A stretch of 64,000 bases of DNA from Verrucomicrobiota bacterium (GCA_028873295.1 JAGWKO010000001.1:19409-83408), one strand, 5' to 3'; positions 16,664 to 26,644 are shown, numbered from the stretch's first letter. A program made the numbers and translations. Notes: generated by a model from the sequence alone, not told the origin.

Positions 16664-17827
16664 ATGCTATTTATGGTAGCATATTACACAGAGCGAGAAA
16701 TAGCGCCTCCGGAAGGGAGTTATTTTCTTTTAGGCCCCAGAGGCACGGGTAAATCGACCTGGCTAAAAGCGCATTATCCTCATGCTGTGCGAATCGATCT
16801 TCTTTTAGGAGAAGAAGAACGGCGTTTTCGGGCTTATCCAGAAAAGATCAGAGACATTGCAAGAGGAATGCAGGTAGGTCAAACACTGATTCTGGATGAG
16901 ATTCAAAGGGCCCCCAATCTACTTCCAGAAATCCATGCGCTTATCGAAGAGAAGGTGGGACTGCAGTTCATTATGACTGGAAGCAGCGCAAGAAAACTGC
17001 GCAATACAGTAAGCGATCTTTTAGGAGGAAGAGCACTCCTCCGTCAAATGGGGCCATTTTTAGCCTCAGAATTAAAAGAGAAATTTTCCCTTGAAAAGGC
17101 TTTAAAAACAGGGTTAATTCCTCTTGTTTGGGAAGCAAACAATCCAATACAGCGATTAAATGACTACATCTCACTCTATTTAAGAGAAGAGGTTCAGACA
17201 GAGGGATTGGTGCGTCAAATAGGTGATTTTGCCCGGTTTTTGGAAATTGCCAGCTTTTCCTATGCATCGATTTGGACAACCGTCGATATTGCCCGAGAAT
17301 CCGCGGTCAAACGAGCTACTGTGGATAATTACCACCATATTTTGGAAGATTTGCTCCTCTCTTTTTCCCTTCCTGTTTTCACGCGAAGAGCAAAGAGGCG
17401 TTTGATCGCTCATTCCAAATTTTATTTTTTTGACGTAGGAGTCTTCAGAGCGCTTCGCCCGCGAGGGATCCTCGACATTGAGAGTGAAATTGAGGGAAGC
17501 GCTTTGGAGGGACTTGTTGCCCAGCATTTAAGAACCTGGGTTCAATTACAAAACGAAAAACACTCCCTCTCTTTTTGGCATACTGCGACAAGACTTGAGG
17601 TAGATTTTGTTATCTATGGTCCTCGCGGATTTTGGGCTATTGAAGTCAAAAGATCGGATAATCTGTCTCCTGATGACATCAGAGGACTTGCTGCGTTCCA
17701 GGAGGAATACCCGGAAGCCAAGTGCCTGATCGTAAACTTGGGGAAAAGAAGGGAAAATTATCGCGGATTTTCCGTTATTCCTGTGGAAGAGTTCCTTCTT
17801 GGCATTTCTCCAGGGAATCTTCTTTAG
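16664..17827 (+). CDS. AAA-type ATPase with DUF4143-like C-terminal domain
   Basis: Walker A GPRGTGKST and Walker B LILDEIQ. The start could be ATG 16673. Confidence 0.7.
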   Translation: MLFMVAYYTEREIAPPEGSYFLLGPRGTGKSTWLKAHYPHAVRIDLLLGEEERRFRAYPEKIRDIARGMQVGQTLILDEIQRAPNLLPEIHALIEEKVGLQFIMTGSSARKLRNTVSDLLGGRALLRQMGPFLASELKEKFSLEKALKTGLIPLVWEANNPIQRLNDYISLYLREEVQTEGLVRQIGDFARFLEIASFSYASIWTTVDIARESAVKRATVDNYHHILEDLLLSFSLPVFTRRAKRRLIAHSKFYFFDVGVFRALRPRGILDIESEIEGSALEGLVAQHLRTWVQLQNEKHSLSFWHTATRLEVDFVIYGPRGFWAIEVKRSDNLSPDDIRGLAAFQEEYPEAKCLIVNLGKRRENYRGFSVIPVEEFLLGISPGNLL

Positions 17828-17852
17828 ACCTCTTGCATAATTGAGGTCTTTT

Positions 17853-19640
17853 TTAAGAAACATCTGCAGCGCAGCGAAACCCATAGGTGCCATTAACGGC
17901 TCCGGGGTTGTTGCGATGGCGATGGGAACAGCGCATATCTTCTTTAAGGCTCTTCCAGCATCCCCCCCGCAGGATGCGATAAACCCCCTGATTTGGACCC
18001 TTGGGAGCTTGCGGCTCGATTAGCGAATGCTCATAGGCGTTGTAGGCATACCAGTCAGAACACCACTCATACACATTGCCCGCCATATCGTAGAGGCCGA
18101 AGCCATTGGGAGGATAACTCTGCACAGCTGTCGTATCAGAGCTGAAGAAATTGGCATGGGTGCGCTCTATATTCTCCCCTGTCGGATAAAGAATACCGCT
18201 CTGTCCCCCCATCGCAGCGGCTTCCCACTCCGCCTCGGTAGGCAGTCTCTTCCCAACCCACTTTGCATAAGCGATGGCCCCATACCAGGTTACGCCCACT
18301 ACGGGATGCCTTGCATACCCTGACTCAATCGTTACCTTACCTCCGCTGCGCTTGATTCGCGCATCGCGCAAACGAATCATATCACAGTTGTTGTGGTCCT
18401 TCTCGCCTCCCATTGCCTGTAGAAAACGCAGGAACTGCTCATTTGTAATAGGGTGAATATCAATAGCAAAACTGGGAAGATGCACCTGATGGCGCGGCAT
18501 CTCATCGCGCGCACCTCCAGAACTTCCCCGCCACCAGGTTCCCCCAGGAATGACAACCATCTCTGTAAGGAGTGGCTCTACTTCGAGATAGGTAGACTGC
18601 TTTGGCGTATAGTGCGACACCCCAGAGTCGCGGTGAAATATAGCTCCTGGATCGGGTTCAAATTCAGGCCGTTCGATTTTTGACTCTTGCAAGAGAGGTT
18701 TTTGAGAAGCTGATTGCTCCTCTGCCACAGGAAAAGAAAAAGCCATTTGCTGCGCATGATCAATAATTGGCCCCAGTTCCGAAGAAGGAACCAGCTCCGG
18801 AGAAAGAGAGCGCGGCGCATGAAGGTACTCTTCAAGCGCTTGTTGCAGCTTTTGAGGGCGAAGCAGTGGATTGCTCTGCAGGCAGCGCGAGATAAGAAGA
18901 TCCCAGTGATAGGAGAGGCCAGGCAAAAGCTTGGAAGGAAGATCAAAGTGTCCCTCAGGCCATTTGGATGTTAGAAAATAGTAGGCCAGTATGCCAAAAG
19001 CATAGCTATCTGCCCGTGCATCAATCAGCTGGAAATCAAGAGCCTTTTGCTCCGGAGCAAGACAGGAAAAGCCCTGGAGAAAATGGCGATGCGACTCAAG
19101 AGCTGTCTGCCCCACAGACTCCGCTGCTTTGCGGCAAAGCGAAAGAAGATAGTGTTTCTCCCCTACCATGCGCACAAGACCAAAATCGGAAAGAAGAACT
19201 CTCTGTTCTTGCGGAAGGATAAAAAGGTTGGTGGGCTTAAGCGCTCCGTGAAAAATCCCCTGCTCGTGTGCATAGTCAAGAACTGAGGCAAGCTGTCCAA
19301 GAAGAAAGAAAATCTCCTCTTCTGAAAGCTTTCTTTTTCCTTTCTGCAAAAAGTGGTCCAAATGAAACGCCTCTTTCTCTTCAAGAAGAGGATCGGCAAC
19401 AAGGAAATAGAAGCCCTCATGGAAAGAGGCGCTGTAAATAGGCAAAAGATTGGGATGATTCAGGTTGGCAATAGCCGCGATCTCTGCTTCAAAACGACGC
19501 CCAAAAGAGGGATCACTGCAGAATTCATCAGAGAGTTTTTTAAGAACAAATGGACGCTTGAGGAAACGATGCTCCGCAAGATAGCAGGGACCGAAAACCC
19601 CAGAGCCAAGCTCTCTTTGAAGAATGTAATCACCCCACAC
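17853..19640 (-). CDS. pkn1: Ser/Thr kinase-like domain fused to FGE/SUMF1 (formylglycine-generating enzyme) domain, Pkn1-type
   Basis: LGSGVFG, VLKK, DFG and APE motifs. The catalytic loop reads HGALKPTN instead of HRDLKxxN. The C-terminal part is an FGE-sulfatase-like domain (GVTWYGAIAYAKWVGKRLPTEAEWE..RGGCW). Confidence 0.75.
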   Translation of the reverse strand: MWGDYILQRELGSGVFGPCYLAEHRFLKRPFVLKKLSDEFCSDPSFGRRFEAEIAAIANLNHPNLLPIYSASFHEGFYFLVADPLLEEKEAFHLDHFLQKGKRKLSEEEIFFLLGQLASVLDYAHEQGIFHGALKPTNLFILPQEQRVLLSDFGLVRMVGEKHYLLSLCRKAAESVGQTALESHRHFLQGFSCLAPEQKALDFQLIDARADSYAFGILAYYFLTSKWPEGHFDLPSKLLPGLSYHWDLLISRCLQSNPLLRPQKLQQALEEYLHAPRSLSPELVPSSELGPIIDHAQQMAFSFPVAEEQSASQKPLLQESKIERPEFEPDPGAIFHRDSGVSHYTPKQSTYLEVEPLLTEMVVIPGGTWWRGSSGGARDEMPRHQVHLPSFAIDIHPITNEQFLRFLQAMGGEKDHNNCDMIRLRDARIKRSGGKVTIESGYARHPVVGVTWYGAIAYAKWVGKRLPTEAEWEAAAMGGQSGILYPTGENIERTHANFFSSDTTAVQSYPPNGFGLYDMAGNVYEWCSDWYAYNAYEHSLIEPQAPKGPNQGVYRILRGGCWKSLKEDMRCSHRHRNNPGAVNGTYGFRCAADVS

Positions 19641-19645
19641 TTCTA

Positions 19646-20044
19646 TCAGAAAGCCCCCACCATTTTACCAAAATACCAAGCTGCTACAAGGAGAAGAAAG
19701 CAGAGAGCTCCCCACCCCACATTGGGCATCCAACGTCCTCTCCCCTGCGGATTTGCTCGCATTTCAAGAGTGCCGATGCCATAGGCAAAATCCTGTTTTT
19801 CCTGAGGCAGGCGAAAAGCTTCCGGGAATTCTCTTGAAAGCCTCTCTGTTTCCAATCCGAGAAATTGCGCATACTGCCGAATAAATCCGAGCACGTAAAC
19901 AGGAGAGAGAAGTTCTGCCGCTTTCCCCTCTTCAATTGCCTGAAGATAAACCATGCGAATCGAAGTCGCATTCTCTACCTCTTTCAGTGAGAGATTCATC
20001 TCTTCTCGTTTTCCACGAAACAGGCCACCCATCTTTGCACTCAT
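19646..20044 (-). CDS. rodZ: RodZ-like HTH membrane protein
   Basis: N-terminal XRE-type HTH (LSLKEVENATSIRMVYLQAIEEG) plus a single C-terminal TM segment. Confidence 0.6.
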   Translation of the reverse strand: MSAKMGGLFRGKREEMNLSLKEVENATSIRMVYLQAIEEGKAAELLSPVYVLGFIRQYAQFLGLETERLSREFPEAFRLPQEKQDFAYGIGTLEMRANPQGRGRWMPNVGWGALCFLLLVAAWYFGKMVGAF

Positions 20045-20108
20045 ATCGCTCTCCGGTCGATCGCGAGCGTATCATTTTTTTCTATTTCTATGCTACTTTT
20101 GATAGACA

Positions 20109-21011
20109 ATGAAAAAGAAGACCCTTTTCACAACAGAGATCCCTCTTGAAATTGCAGAAAAACTGGAAAAGAATCTCGTAGATCAGGGCTTTCTCCTCTC
20201 TCGTCCTCCCTACACTCTCTTCTCTGCGCAGAAAACAGGGATTTCCTGCACTCTCTATCAATCAGGCAAGCTGGTTGTACAGGGCAAAGAGATCGCCCAT
20301 TTCATCGAGTTCTACCTGGAACCTGAAATCCTTGGTCACTTCGCCTTTTCCCATCCAGAAGCAACCCTCGACTTTACAGCGCGCATCGGCATGGATGAGG
20401 CTGGTAAGGGCGATTTTTTTGGTCCCCTCTCTGTTGCGGCTCTTCATGCAGATGAACAGGGAATTCACCTTCTTCAAAAACTGGGCGTTAAAGACAGCAA
20501 GCAGATGCGCGATACCGAAATCCAGAAGATCGCAGCAGAGATCCGTTCCAAGTTTCTCTTCTCTATTGTGAGGCTTTTTCCTCAGACTTACAACAATCTC
20601 TATCCGAAGTTTCACAATCTCAATCGCCTTTTGGGGTGGGCTCACACGACAGCTCTTGCAGAGGTAGCGCACAAATCGGGCTGCCATAGAGCAATTCTCG
20701 ACCAATTTGCCTTTCCTGAATTAATGGAGAAGATGCTTCAGGGAAAGAAGCTGGAGGTTAAGCTGGAGCAGAGAACGAAGGGAGAGGAGGATCTGGTCGT
20801 TGCTGGGGCATCAATTCTTGCAAGAGCCTCTTTTGTCGAGGGGATAGAGATGCTTGAAAAAGAGTGGAAATGCCGCCTGCCAAAAGGCGCAGGCGCTCCT
20901 GTTCTCCAGGCAGGGCGAGAGCTGTTTCGGCAATTTGGCAAAGAGATCTTTACCAATATTGCAAAATGTCACTTCAAGACGATGGAAGAGATCGCACAGA
21001 AAGGATCTTAG
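20109..21011 (+). CDS. rnhC: Ribonuclease HIII
   Basis: 300 aa. N-terminal TBP-like domain followed by GMDEAGKGDFFGPL. Confidence 0.8.
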   Translation: MKKKTLFTTEIPLEIAEKLEKNLVDQGFLLSRPPYTLFSAQKTGISCTLYQSGKLVVQGKEIAHFIEFYLEPEILGHFAFSHPEATLDFTARIGMDEAGKGDFFGPLSVAALHADEQGIHLLQKLGVKDSKQMRDTEIQKIAAEIRSKFLFSIVRLFPQTYNNLYPKFHNLNRLLGWAHTTALAEVAHKSGCHRAILDQFAFPELMEKMLQGKKLEVKLEQRTKGEEDLVVAGASILARASFVEGIEMLEKEWKCRLPKGAGAPVLQAGRELFRQFGKEIFTNIAKCHFKTMEEIAQKGS

Positions 21012-22176
21012 CCCCTCGAAGAGAAGGCTCAAGGACTGTAAAAAGATAAGAGCCGAGCTGCACTGTTTCCCCTTTAATTGGCACATGTTCCAGAGAGCGC
21101 AGGATAAGATCGCTAAGCGTCTCTTCGGAAAAATAGGAGAGATCCCCTTGGAACTGTCTATTAAAAGCAGCGGCTTCCATATCACCGGAAAGGGTGCGCT
21201 CAATATGAAGAGGCGGCAATACCTGGGAGGGAACAAAACTCTCCTCCCCAAACAGCCAGGAGACAATATCTTCAAGACGCAAAAGCCCCACAGCCTCTCC
21301 GGAGGCACCTAAAACGACTGCGGCGCTCTGGTTATTTCTGCGAAACTGCTCTAAAAGCGCAAGAAGCGAGGTTGTTTGTGGGACAAACCAGGGCGATTTA
21401 ACAAGATCGAGTACCTTTTTATCATCGGAAGCGCGCAGCAGATCGCGCGCAAAGACCACCCCAACCACATTGTGCTGATATCGATGGTAAACAAGCAGAA
21501 AAGGGACATAGTGCACGCTGAGCAGATGGCGCACCTGTAGCACTGTAGAGGTAGCGGCGATCATTTCGATTTTTCCAAGAGGTGTCATCAGCTCAAGCGC
21601 CTCTTTCCCCTTGCATTGAAAAATTTGCGCTGTGAGAAGCTCCTCCTCATCTTCCACTTGAAAAGCCATCTTCACCTCTTCGCGCGACAAAAAGAGCGGT
21701 GTTTCTCTAGGAACTCCCATTAGGCGATGTAGACCATGTGACAAGGTATCAAAGGCCCAAATGAGCGGAGTTAAAAGGCGCGCAAAGAGAATCATCAGGG
21801 GCGCCAAAAGAAAGGCAATCTGGCGGGGATGGCGCCTTGCTGTAAAGAGTGGTATGAGCTCTGCAAAAATAACGACGAGAACCACCTGCGAAATGGGCGC
21901 CCAATCGGGATTGCAATGGAGTGCCTGATAAAATTGCCGTGCGCACTCGGATCCTGTTAAAAGGGCTGTATTGATCCCAATCAAGGTGGTTCCAAAGAGA
22001 CGGGAGGGGCGCTGCAAAAGAAAATCGATAAAAAGGGCGCGCTTTTCCTTGCGGCTCACAGCATATTGCAACCGAATGCGGGGCAAAGAGATACAGGACA
22101 TCTCGAAGAGAATAAAGAGCCCCTGAAGCACAATGGCTACAAAAGTCCAGAGAAGAAAAAAAAGAGCGTTTGTCAT
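20974..22176 (-). CDS. CNNM/CorC-type hemolysin-like protein (DUF21-CBS-CorC_HlyC)
   Basis: TM-rich N-terminus, a CBS pair and a CorC C-terminus. The start is trimmed to ATG 22176 (MTNALFF), because the longer TTG-started ORF runs into a palindromic repeat. Confidence 0.75.
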   Translation of the reverse strand: MTNALFFLLWTFVAIVLQGLFILFEMSCISLPRIRLQYAVSRKEKRALFIDFLLQRPSRLFGTTLIGINTALLTGSECARQFYQALHCNPDWAPISQVVLVVIFAELIPLFTARRHPRQIAFLLAPLMILFARLLTPLIWAFDTLSHGLHRLMGVPRETPLFLSREEVKMAFQVEDEEELLTAQIFQCKGKEALELMTPLGKIEMIAATSTVLQVRHLLSVHYVPFLLVYHRYQHNVVGVVFARDLLRASDDKKVLDLVKSPWFVPQTTSLLALLEQFRRNNQSAAVVLGASGEAVGLLRLEDIVSWLFGEESFVPSQVLPPLHIERTLSGDMEAAAFNRQFQGDLSYFSEETLSDLILRSLEHVPIKGETVQLGSYLFTVLEPSLRGAKILSVRSLPSS

Positions 22177-22229
22177 ATAGACCCAAAATAGCTGAAGAAA
22201 TGCCAATTCTTCGGCTATTTTGGGTATAA
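22176..22229. repeat. Short palindromic element, mini copy of the 8196..8364 termini
   Basis: TATAGACCCAAAATAGCTGAAGAA-ATGCCAA-TTCTTCGGCTATTTTGGGTATA. Positions 22200..22228 match 8334..8362 with 3 mismatches. The element supplies the last codons (LYPK) and the stop of the upstream gene. Confidence 0.6.
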
Positions 22230-23456
22230 TTTTCTTACATAGATGCGGCGGATGCGGTTAGGCTCTGCCTCAAGAACATAGAACAGAAACTGATCTGTTG
22301 CATATTTTGTTCCGACAGAAGGAATATCCCCCAATTGCTCGACAAGCCACCCTCCCAGCGTCACAATATTTCCTTTAGAGGTAATGGGGATATCAAAGAT
22401 CTCTCGAAATTCAGAGAGCTCCATCTGTCCGCTCGCGATAATCACATCTTCCCCGGAGCGCGTATAATCCTTTTCCACATCGCGAATATCGGAAATTTCC
22501 CCTACCACCGTCTCTACAAGGTCTTCTCTTGTGATAAGACCGGCAATAGAGCCATACTCATCGATAACCATCGCCAGGCTTTCTCCGCTTTTCCAGAGCT
22601 GCTGAAGAAGTTTCCAGGAACGGGAGGACTCTGGCACGTAGAATGGTTTGTGCAAAAAGGGAAGAAGATCCTTCCCCTCACCGATTTTCTCTCTGTGTAG
22701 AAGAAAATCGCGGATATGGCAAATCCCCAAAAGATGATCCAGATCGCCATCACAAACAGGAACTCTTGTAATCGCAAGGTCGCTCATCAGATGGATCAGA
22801 TTTTCCAAGGGATCGCTGTAATCAAAAAAGAGAATCTCTCCGCGAGGGCGCATCTTTTCTTTGACAAGACAGGACTGCAAATAGAGTGAGCCCTCAATCA
22901 AATCACACTCCTCTGAAAGAAGGACCCCTCTTTTCTCTGAAGACTGAAGTAGGTGATGCAGCTCTTCTGCCGAAAGAGCCTTCTCCTTGGGTAAAAAAGA
23001 AAAAAGAACGCGAGAGAGCCACTCAGTCATTTTAATCAGAGGGCGGCGCAGAGGCGCTCCCCATCTTGTCACGCGACTCCAAAAGGGAACAATCCATAGA
23101 GAAATTTTCTCATTACTCGACATCGCAAATGATTTAGGAATAATATCGCCAATGATAAGAACTACAGCCAAAGGAACTGCTACCCTAACAATCCAGTGCG
23201 AAAATGAACCAAAGAGAGAGGAGATCGTGTTCTGGATGAGGAGATTTGCCAGGCTATTGCCAATCAATAGCATCACTAAAAGATCGCGCGGCTTTTCCAA
23301 GAGAGAAACAAGAAGACGCTTCCTGGAAGAGGTCGGTTGCTGCCTGTAGGATTTTAGAGTTAAATGCGAGAGAGAAAAGAGCGCCGTCTCTGATGCAGAA
23401 GCGAGGGCAGAACAAGTGAGAAAGAGAAGCAAAAGGAGAAGAAGAATAAGAATCAT
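22215..23456 (-). CDS. CNNM/CorC-type hemolysin-like protein (DUF21-CBS-CorC_HlyC)
   Basis: 413 aa with the same architecture as 20974..22176, in tandem with it. Confidence 0.75.
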   Translation of the reverse strand: MILILLLLLLLFLTCSALASASETALFSLSHLTLKSYRQQPTSSRKRLLVSLLEKPRDLLVMLLIGNSLANLLIQNTISSLFGSFSHWIVRVAVPLAVVLIIGDIIPKSFAMSSNEKISLWIVPFWSRVTRWGAPLRRPLIKMTEWLSRVLFSFLPKEKALSAEELHHLLQSSEKRGVLLSEECDLIEGSLYLQSCLVKEKMRPRGEILFFDYSDPLENLIHLMSDLAITRVPVCDGDLDHLLGICHIRDFLLHREKIGEGKDLLPFLHKPFYVPESSRSWKLLQQLWKSGESLAMVIDEYGSIAGLITREDLVETVVGEISDIRDVEKDYTRSGEDVIIASGQMELSEFREIFDIPITSKGNIVTLGGWLVEQLGDIPSVGTKYATDQFLFYVLEAEPNRIRRIYVRKLYPK

Positions 23457-23743
23457 TACTGGGATAGGTTCTTTGGTATGAAATGAATCTTAAGCCACCC
23501 CTCGGGAACCACGCCAAGTTCCCTAATAAGAAGCATTTCTATCCAACTTGGGTCGTTTTTTGAGGCAATCTGCAGTTGAAGATCTTCCCTCTTTTGCAGG
23601 GCAAGATCCCTTTCCCTCTCTTTTTCCTGGATTTGAAGAACAAGGCGTTGCACTTGCGACTTTTTGGTACGCATTGCGCAGGCATAAGTAAAAAAAAGCG
23701 GGATGAGAAGAAAAAAAAGCCAGCCCCAATGCTTCCACTTCAT
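23456..23743 (-). CDS. Septum formation initiator (FtsB/DivIC-like) protein
   Basis: Single N-terminal TM segment, then a coiled coil (QRLVLQIQEKERERDLALQKREDLQLQI) and a conserved tail (IEMLLIRELG). The start is trimmed to ATG 23743, downstream of the dcd stop. Confidence 0.55.
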   Translation of the reverse strand: MKWKHWGWLFFLLIPLFFTYACAMRTKKSQVQRLVLQIQEKERERDLALQKREDLQLQIASKNDPSWIEMLLIRELGVVPEGWLKIHFIPKNLSQ

Positions 23744-23768
23744 ATTTTCCCTATAGAGAATCCTTCCT

Positions 23769-24335
23769 TTAGATGGAAGGATAGGTAATTGCCATTTGCC
23801 GCATATACTTCCCTCCGCGATCCGCATAAGAGATCTCACAGACCTCATCTCCAGTCAAAAAGAGCACCTGCGCGAGCCCTTCCCCAGCATAAATTTTTGC
23901 AGGCAAGGGGGTTGTATTTGAAATCTCAAGAGTGACGTAGCCTTCCCATTCAGGCTCAAAAGGAGTCACATTGACAATGATGCCGCATCTTGCGTAGGTC
24001 GATTTGCCAATGCAGAGGGTAAGGACATTGCGAGGGATACGGAAATACTCAACGCTTCGCGCGAGGGCGAAAGAATTGGGAGGGATAATACAGGTGTCCC
24101 CTTCAATATCGACAAAGGCATCAGGTTGAAACTGTTTCGGGTCGACGATGGAGTTATAGACGTTTGTAAACACCTTAAACTCACTGGACACGCGAAGATC
24201 GTACCCATAACTTGAAAGGCCATAACTGACCATTTTTTTTCCATTAGACTCTCGCACCTGACCTTCTACAAAGGGTTCGATCATCCCATGTTCGAGGGCC
24301 ATCTTGCGAATCCAGCGATCCGAACGCAAACTCAT
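23769..24335 (-). CDS. dcd: dCTP deaminase
   Basis: Typical Dcd sequence ([39 protein letters not shown]). Confidence 0.85.
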   Translation of the reverse strand: MSLRSDRWIRKMALEHGMIEPFVEGQVRESNGKKMVSYGLSSYGYDLRVSSEFKVFTNVYNSIVDPKQFQPDAFVDIEGDTCIIPPNSFALARSVEYFRIPRNVLTLCIGKSTYARCGIIVNVTPFEPEWEGYVTLEISNTTPLPAKIYAGEGLAQVLFLTGDEVCEISYADRGGKYMRQMAITYPSI

Positions 24336-24403
24336 ACTTGAGTAGTTATAGCTGCAAAATTCTTTTCCTGCTAGTTTTTTTCTATCCAAATTTTGGGTAT
24401 ATC

Positions 24404-25402
24404 ATGGAATCAACGCCCTACATGGAATCCTCTTGGGCCAAGCCCGACACTCCCTTTGAGATGCCGCTTCGCCCTCAAACGCTCTCTGATTTTTCCGGAC
24501 AGGAGGCGGTGAGGCAGAAGTTGGAAGTTCTGATCGGCGCAGCAAAAAGCCGCGGAGAAGCCTTAGGACACTCTCTTTTTTGTGGGCCTCCCGGGCTTGG
24601 CAAAACGACCCTTGCGCATATCATTGCCAAAGCGATGGGGACGCAACTTACGGTCACTTCGGGGCCCGCCCTGGAGAAACCTGGGGATTTGGCGGGGCTG
24701 CTGACAAACCTCAAAAAGGGGGATCTTCTCTTCATTGATGAGATTCATCGCCTTTCCAAAACGGCAGAGGAGTACCTTTATCCCGCGATGGAGGATTTCA
24801 GTCTTGATCTCATGATCGACAGTGGTGCAAATGCACGGAGTATCCGCGTTGAGTTGCAGCCCTTTACTCTCATCGGCGCAACGACGCGCTCCGGACTGCT
24901 GAGCGCCCCTCTGCGCTCGCGTTTCCTTATTTCCCTACGCCTTGATTATTACGATACAGAGACTCTTGCCCGTATTTTGAAGCGCACTGCCACACTTTTA
25001 CAGGTAGAGCTGGATCAGGAGGCGGCAGAAGAGATCGGCAAGCGCGCGCGAGGAACTCCGCGCGTTGCGAACAATTTGCTTCGTTGGGTGCGCGATGTGT
25101 GTCAAATTCAGAAAAAAAAGAAAATTGACCTGTCTCTTGCACAAAAAGCGCTAGCTATGCTGGAAATTGACGAGCGCGGATTGGATGAGATGGACAAAAA
25201 AATTCTCTCCGTTATGATTGATCACCATAAGGGTGGCCCTTTGGGGCTTGCCAATTTGGCAGCGGCCGTTGGAGAGGAACCGCATACTATTGAGGAAGTG
25301 TACGAACCCTTTCTTATTTTGCAAGGGTTTATCCGGCGCACCCCAAGAGGAAGAGAAGCGACCTCCCTCGCTTATGAACATATGGGAAGGACTAGTGTCT
25401 AA
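24404..25402 (+). CDS. ruvB: Holliday junction helicase RuvB
   Basis: LRPQTLSDFSGQ, GPPGLGKTT and LFIDEIHRL motifs. The start is trimmed to ATG 24404. Confidence 0.9.
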   Translation: MESTPYMESSWAKPDTPFEMPLRPQTLSDFSGQEAVRQKLEVLIGAAKSRGEALGHSLFCGPPGLGKTTLAHIIAKAMGTQLTVTSGPALEKPGDLAGLLTNLKKGDLLFIDEIHRLSKTAEEYLYPAMEDFSLDLMIDSGANARSIRVELQPFTLIGATTRSGLLSAPLRSRFLISLRLDYYDTETLARILKRTATLLQVELDQEAAEEIGKRARGTPRVANNLLRWVRDVCQIQKKKKIDLSLAQKALAMLEIDERGLDEMDKKILSVMIDHHKGGPLGLANLAAAVGEEPHTIEEVYEPFLILQGFIRRTPRGREATSLAYEHMGRTSV

Positions 25403-25448
25403 TTGCATAAATAGGAACGCTTAAGAACGCTAATTTATGCAATTAGAC
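25397..25448. terminator. Perfect 16-bp inverted repeat (GTCTAATTGCATAAAT / ATTTATGCAATTAGAC), 20-nt loop, spanning the ruvB stop
   Basis: Read directly from the sequence. There is no T-tract, so it could be a terminator-like hairpin or a protein-binding site. Confidence 0.4.
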
Positions 25449-25462
25449 ACCAGGAGTTAGTT

Positions 25463-26644
25463 ATGAAATTCGTCTCGTGGATCTGCACTTTTTTTTCCGC
25501 ACTTCTGCTCTTTGCAGATCAGCCTTCCAGTTTTGAGCGAACAGCCAAAGAGACTGTTTTACCACAAACGATCCATGTTCTTCTTGAAAAAGAGGTTGAC
25601 GAAGCCCTTCTCGAGGTAAGAGGGCCCTATTACCTCTTCGATCCGCAGAATGGTTCGCGAATCACCGCTGGCCTTCTTGACAAGCGCTTTATGATTCGCG
25701 AGCTCGCCTCTGGGCTCAAGTGGGGAGAAAAATTTTCCGGCATCCATCAATTCTACGTAAAGCCGAGATCCCCCGACACCTCCATTTTCATCAATGGGAT
25801 TCAGTACTCTGGCTCTGTCTATTTTTATGGAGTTGGTGGAAAACTGCATATTGTCAATGAGATCGATATTGAGTCCTATGTGAAAGCAGTTTTGACAACG
25901 CAATTTCCCACTCCGATGGAACCGGAAGTGATGGCAGCGGTTGCCATTGCTGCTCGTACCTCTGCTTACTACAAAGCGTTAAAAGGGCGAGGCAGCTTTT
26001 GGCATGTCGATGCAAAAGAAGAAGGGTATATGGGAAGCGCTCTGATTGTCGCCCGTTCTCCGATTGAAAGAGCTGTTGACTCCACAAAGCAGCTTATCCT
26101 TCTCTACTCTCACGAAGAGAGAAACAGTCCTTTCCTTGCCTCCTGGACAGAACATAGCGCCGGGAAAACGGCCGCTTACGAAGCGATCTTTCGCAGATCG
26201 GAAGATGGACCTCAAGGCGTGGAAGCGCCACATGCCAAACTTGCGCGGCAAGAATCGAAGTGGAGCTATCAAATTTCCAAAAAAGCATTCTGCTCCCTCT
26301 TTCATCTCTCCTCTTTAAACGCTCTGGAACTGTTCTGCGACGCTTCTTCCGGCAAGGTTTATGCTCTACGCTGCAACAAGGGAGGGAATGAAAGCTCTGA
26401 TATCGAATTTGTCTCTCTACAGCGCATTCTTGGGAAAGAACATCTTCTCAGCTCAGACTTCACGGTAACACTTAAAGACGATCAACTCCTTTTTGCCGGT
26501 TATGGCAAGGGACATGGAGTGGGGCTCTGCCTCTATTCAGCCTCTGCTCTTGTGCAAAACGGAGAGAACGCGGTTAAAATCCTCAACAAGTTTTTCCCGG
26601 AGACATATCTGTGCAATGTCGGTACATTGCCGAGCGTACGGTAG
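25463..26644 (+). CDS. spoIID: SpoIID/LytB-domain protein
   Basis: Signal peptide. The central region (YVKAVLTTQFPTPMEPEVMAAVAIAARTSAYY) and GHGVGLC near the C-terminus are typical of SpoIID. Confidence 0.75.
   Translation: MKFVSWICTFFSALLLFADQPSSFERTAKETVLPQTIHVLLEKEVDEALLEVRGPYYLFDPQNGSRITAGLLDKRFMIRELASGLKWGEKFSGIHQFYVKPRSPDTSIFINGIQYSGSVYFYGVGGKLHIVNEIDIESYVKAVLTTQFPTPMEPEVMAAVAIAARTSAYYKALKGRGSFWHVDAKEEGYMGSALIVARSPIERAVDSTKQLILLYSHEERNSPFLASWTEHSAGKTAAYEAIFRRSEDGPQGVEAPHAKLARQESKWSYQISKKAFCSLFHLSSLNALELFCDASSGKVYALRCNKGGNESSDIEFVSLQRILGKEHLLSSDFTVTLKDDQLLFAGYGKGHGVGLCLYSASALVQNGENAVKILNKFFPETYLCNVGTLPSVR

Noticed and set aside
20811-21312. ORFs 20811..21308 (-) and 20854..21312 (+) overlap the rnhC 3' end and the CorC-like gene.
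   Set aside because: They are out of frame with two well-supported genes and are low-complexity.
24338-24403. N-terminal extensions of the track ORFs for ruvB, and likewise for dcd (24336..24389), galE (54462..54686), the FtsB-like gene (23744..23848) and the membrane gene (53494..53595).
   Set aside because: The extensions overlap neighbouring genes or repeats. The family-typical N-termini begin at the internal ATGs, several of them in ATGA coupling.
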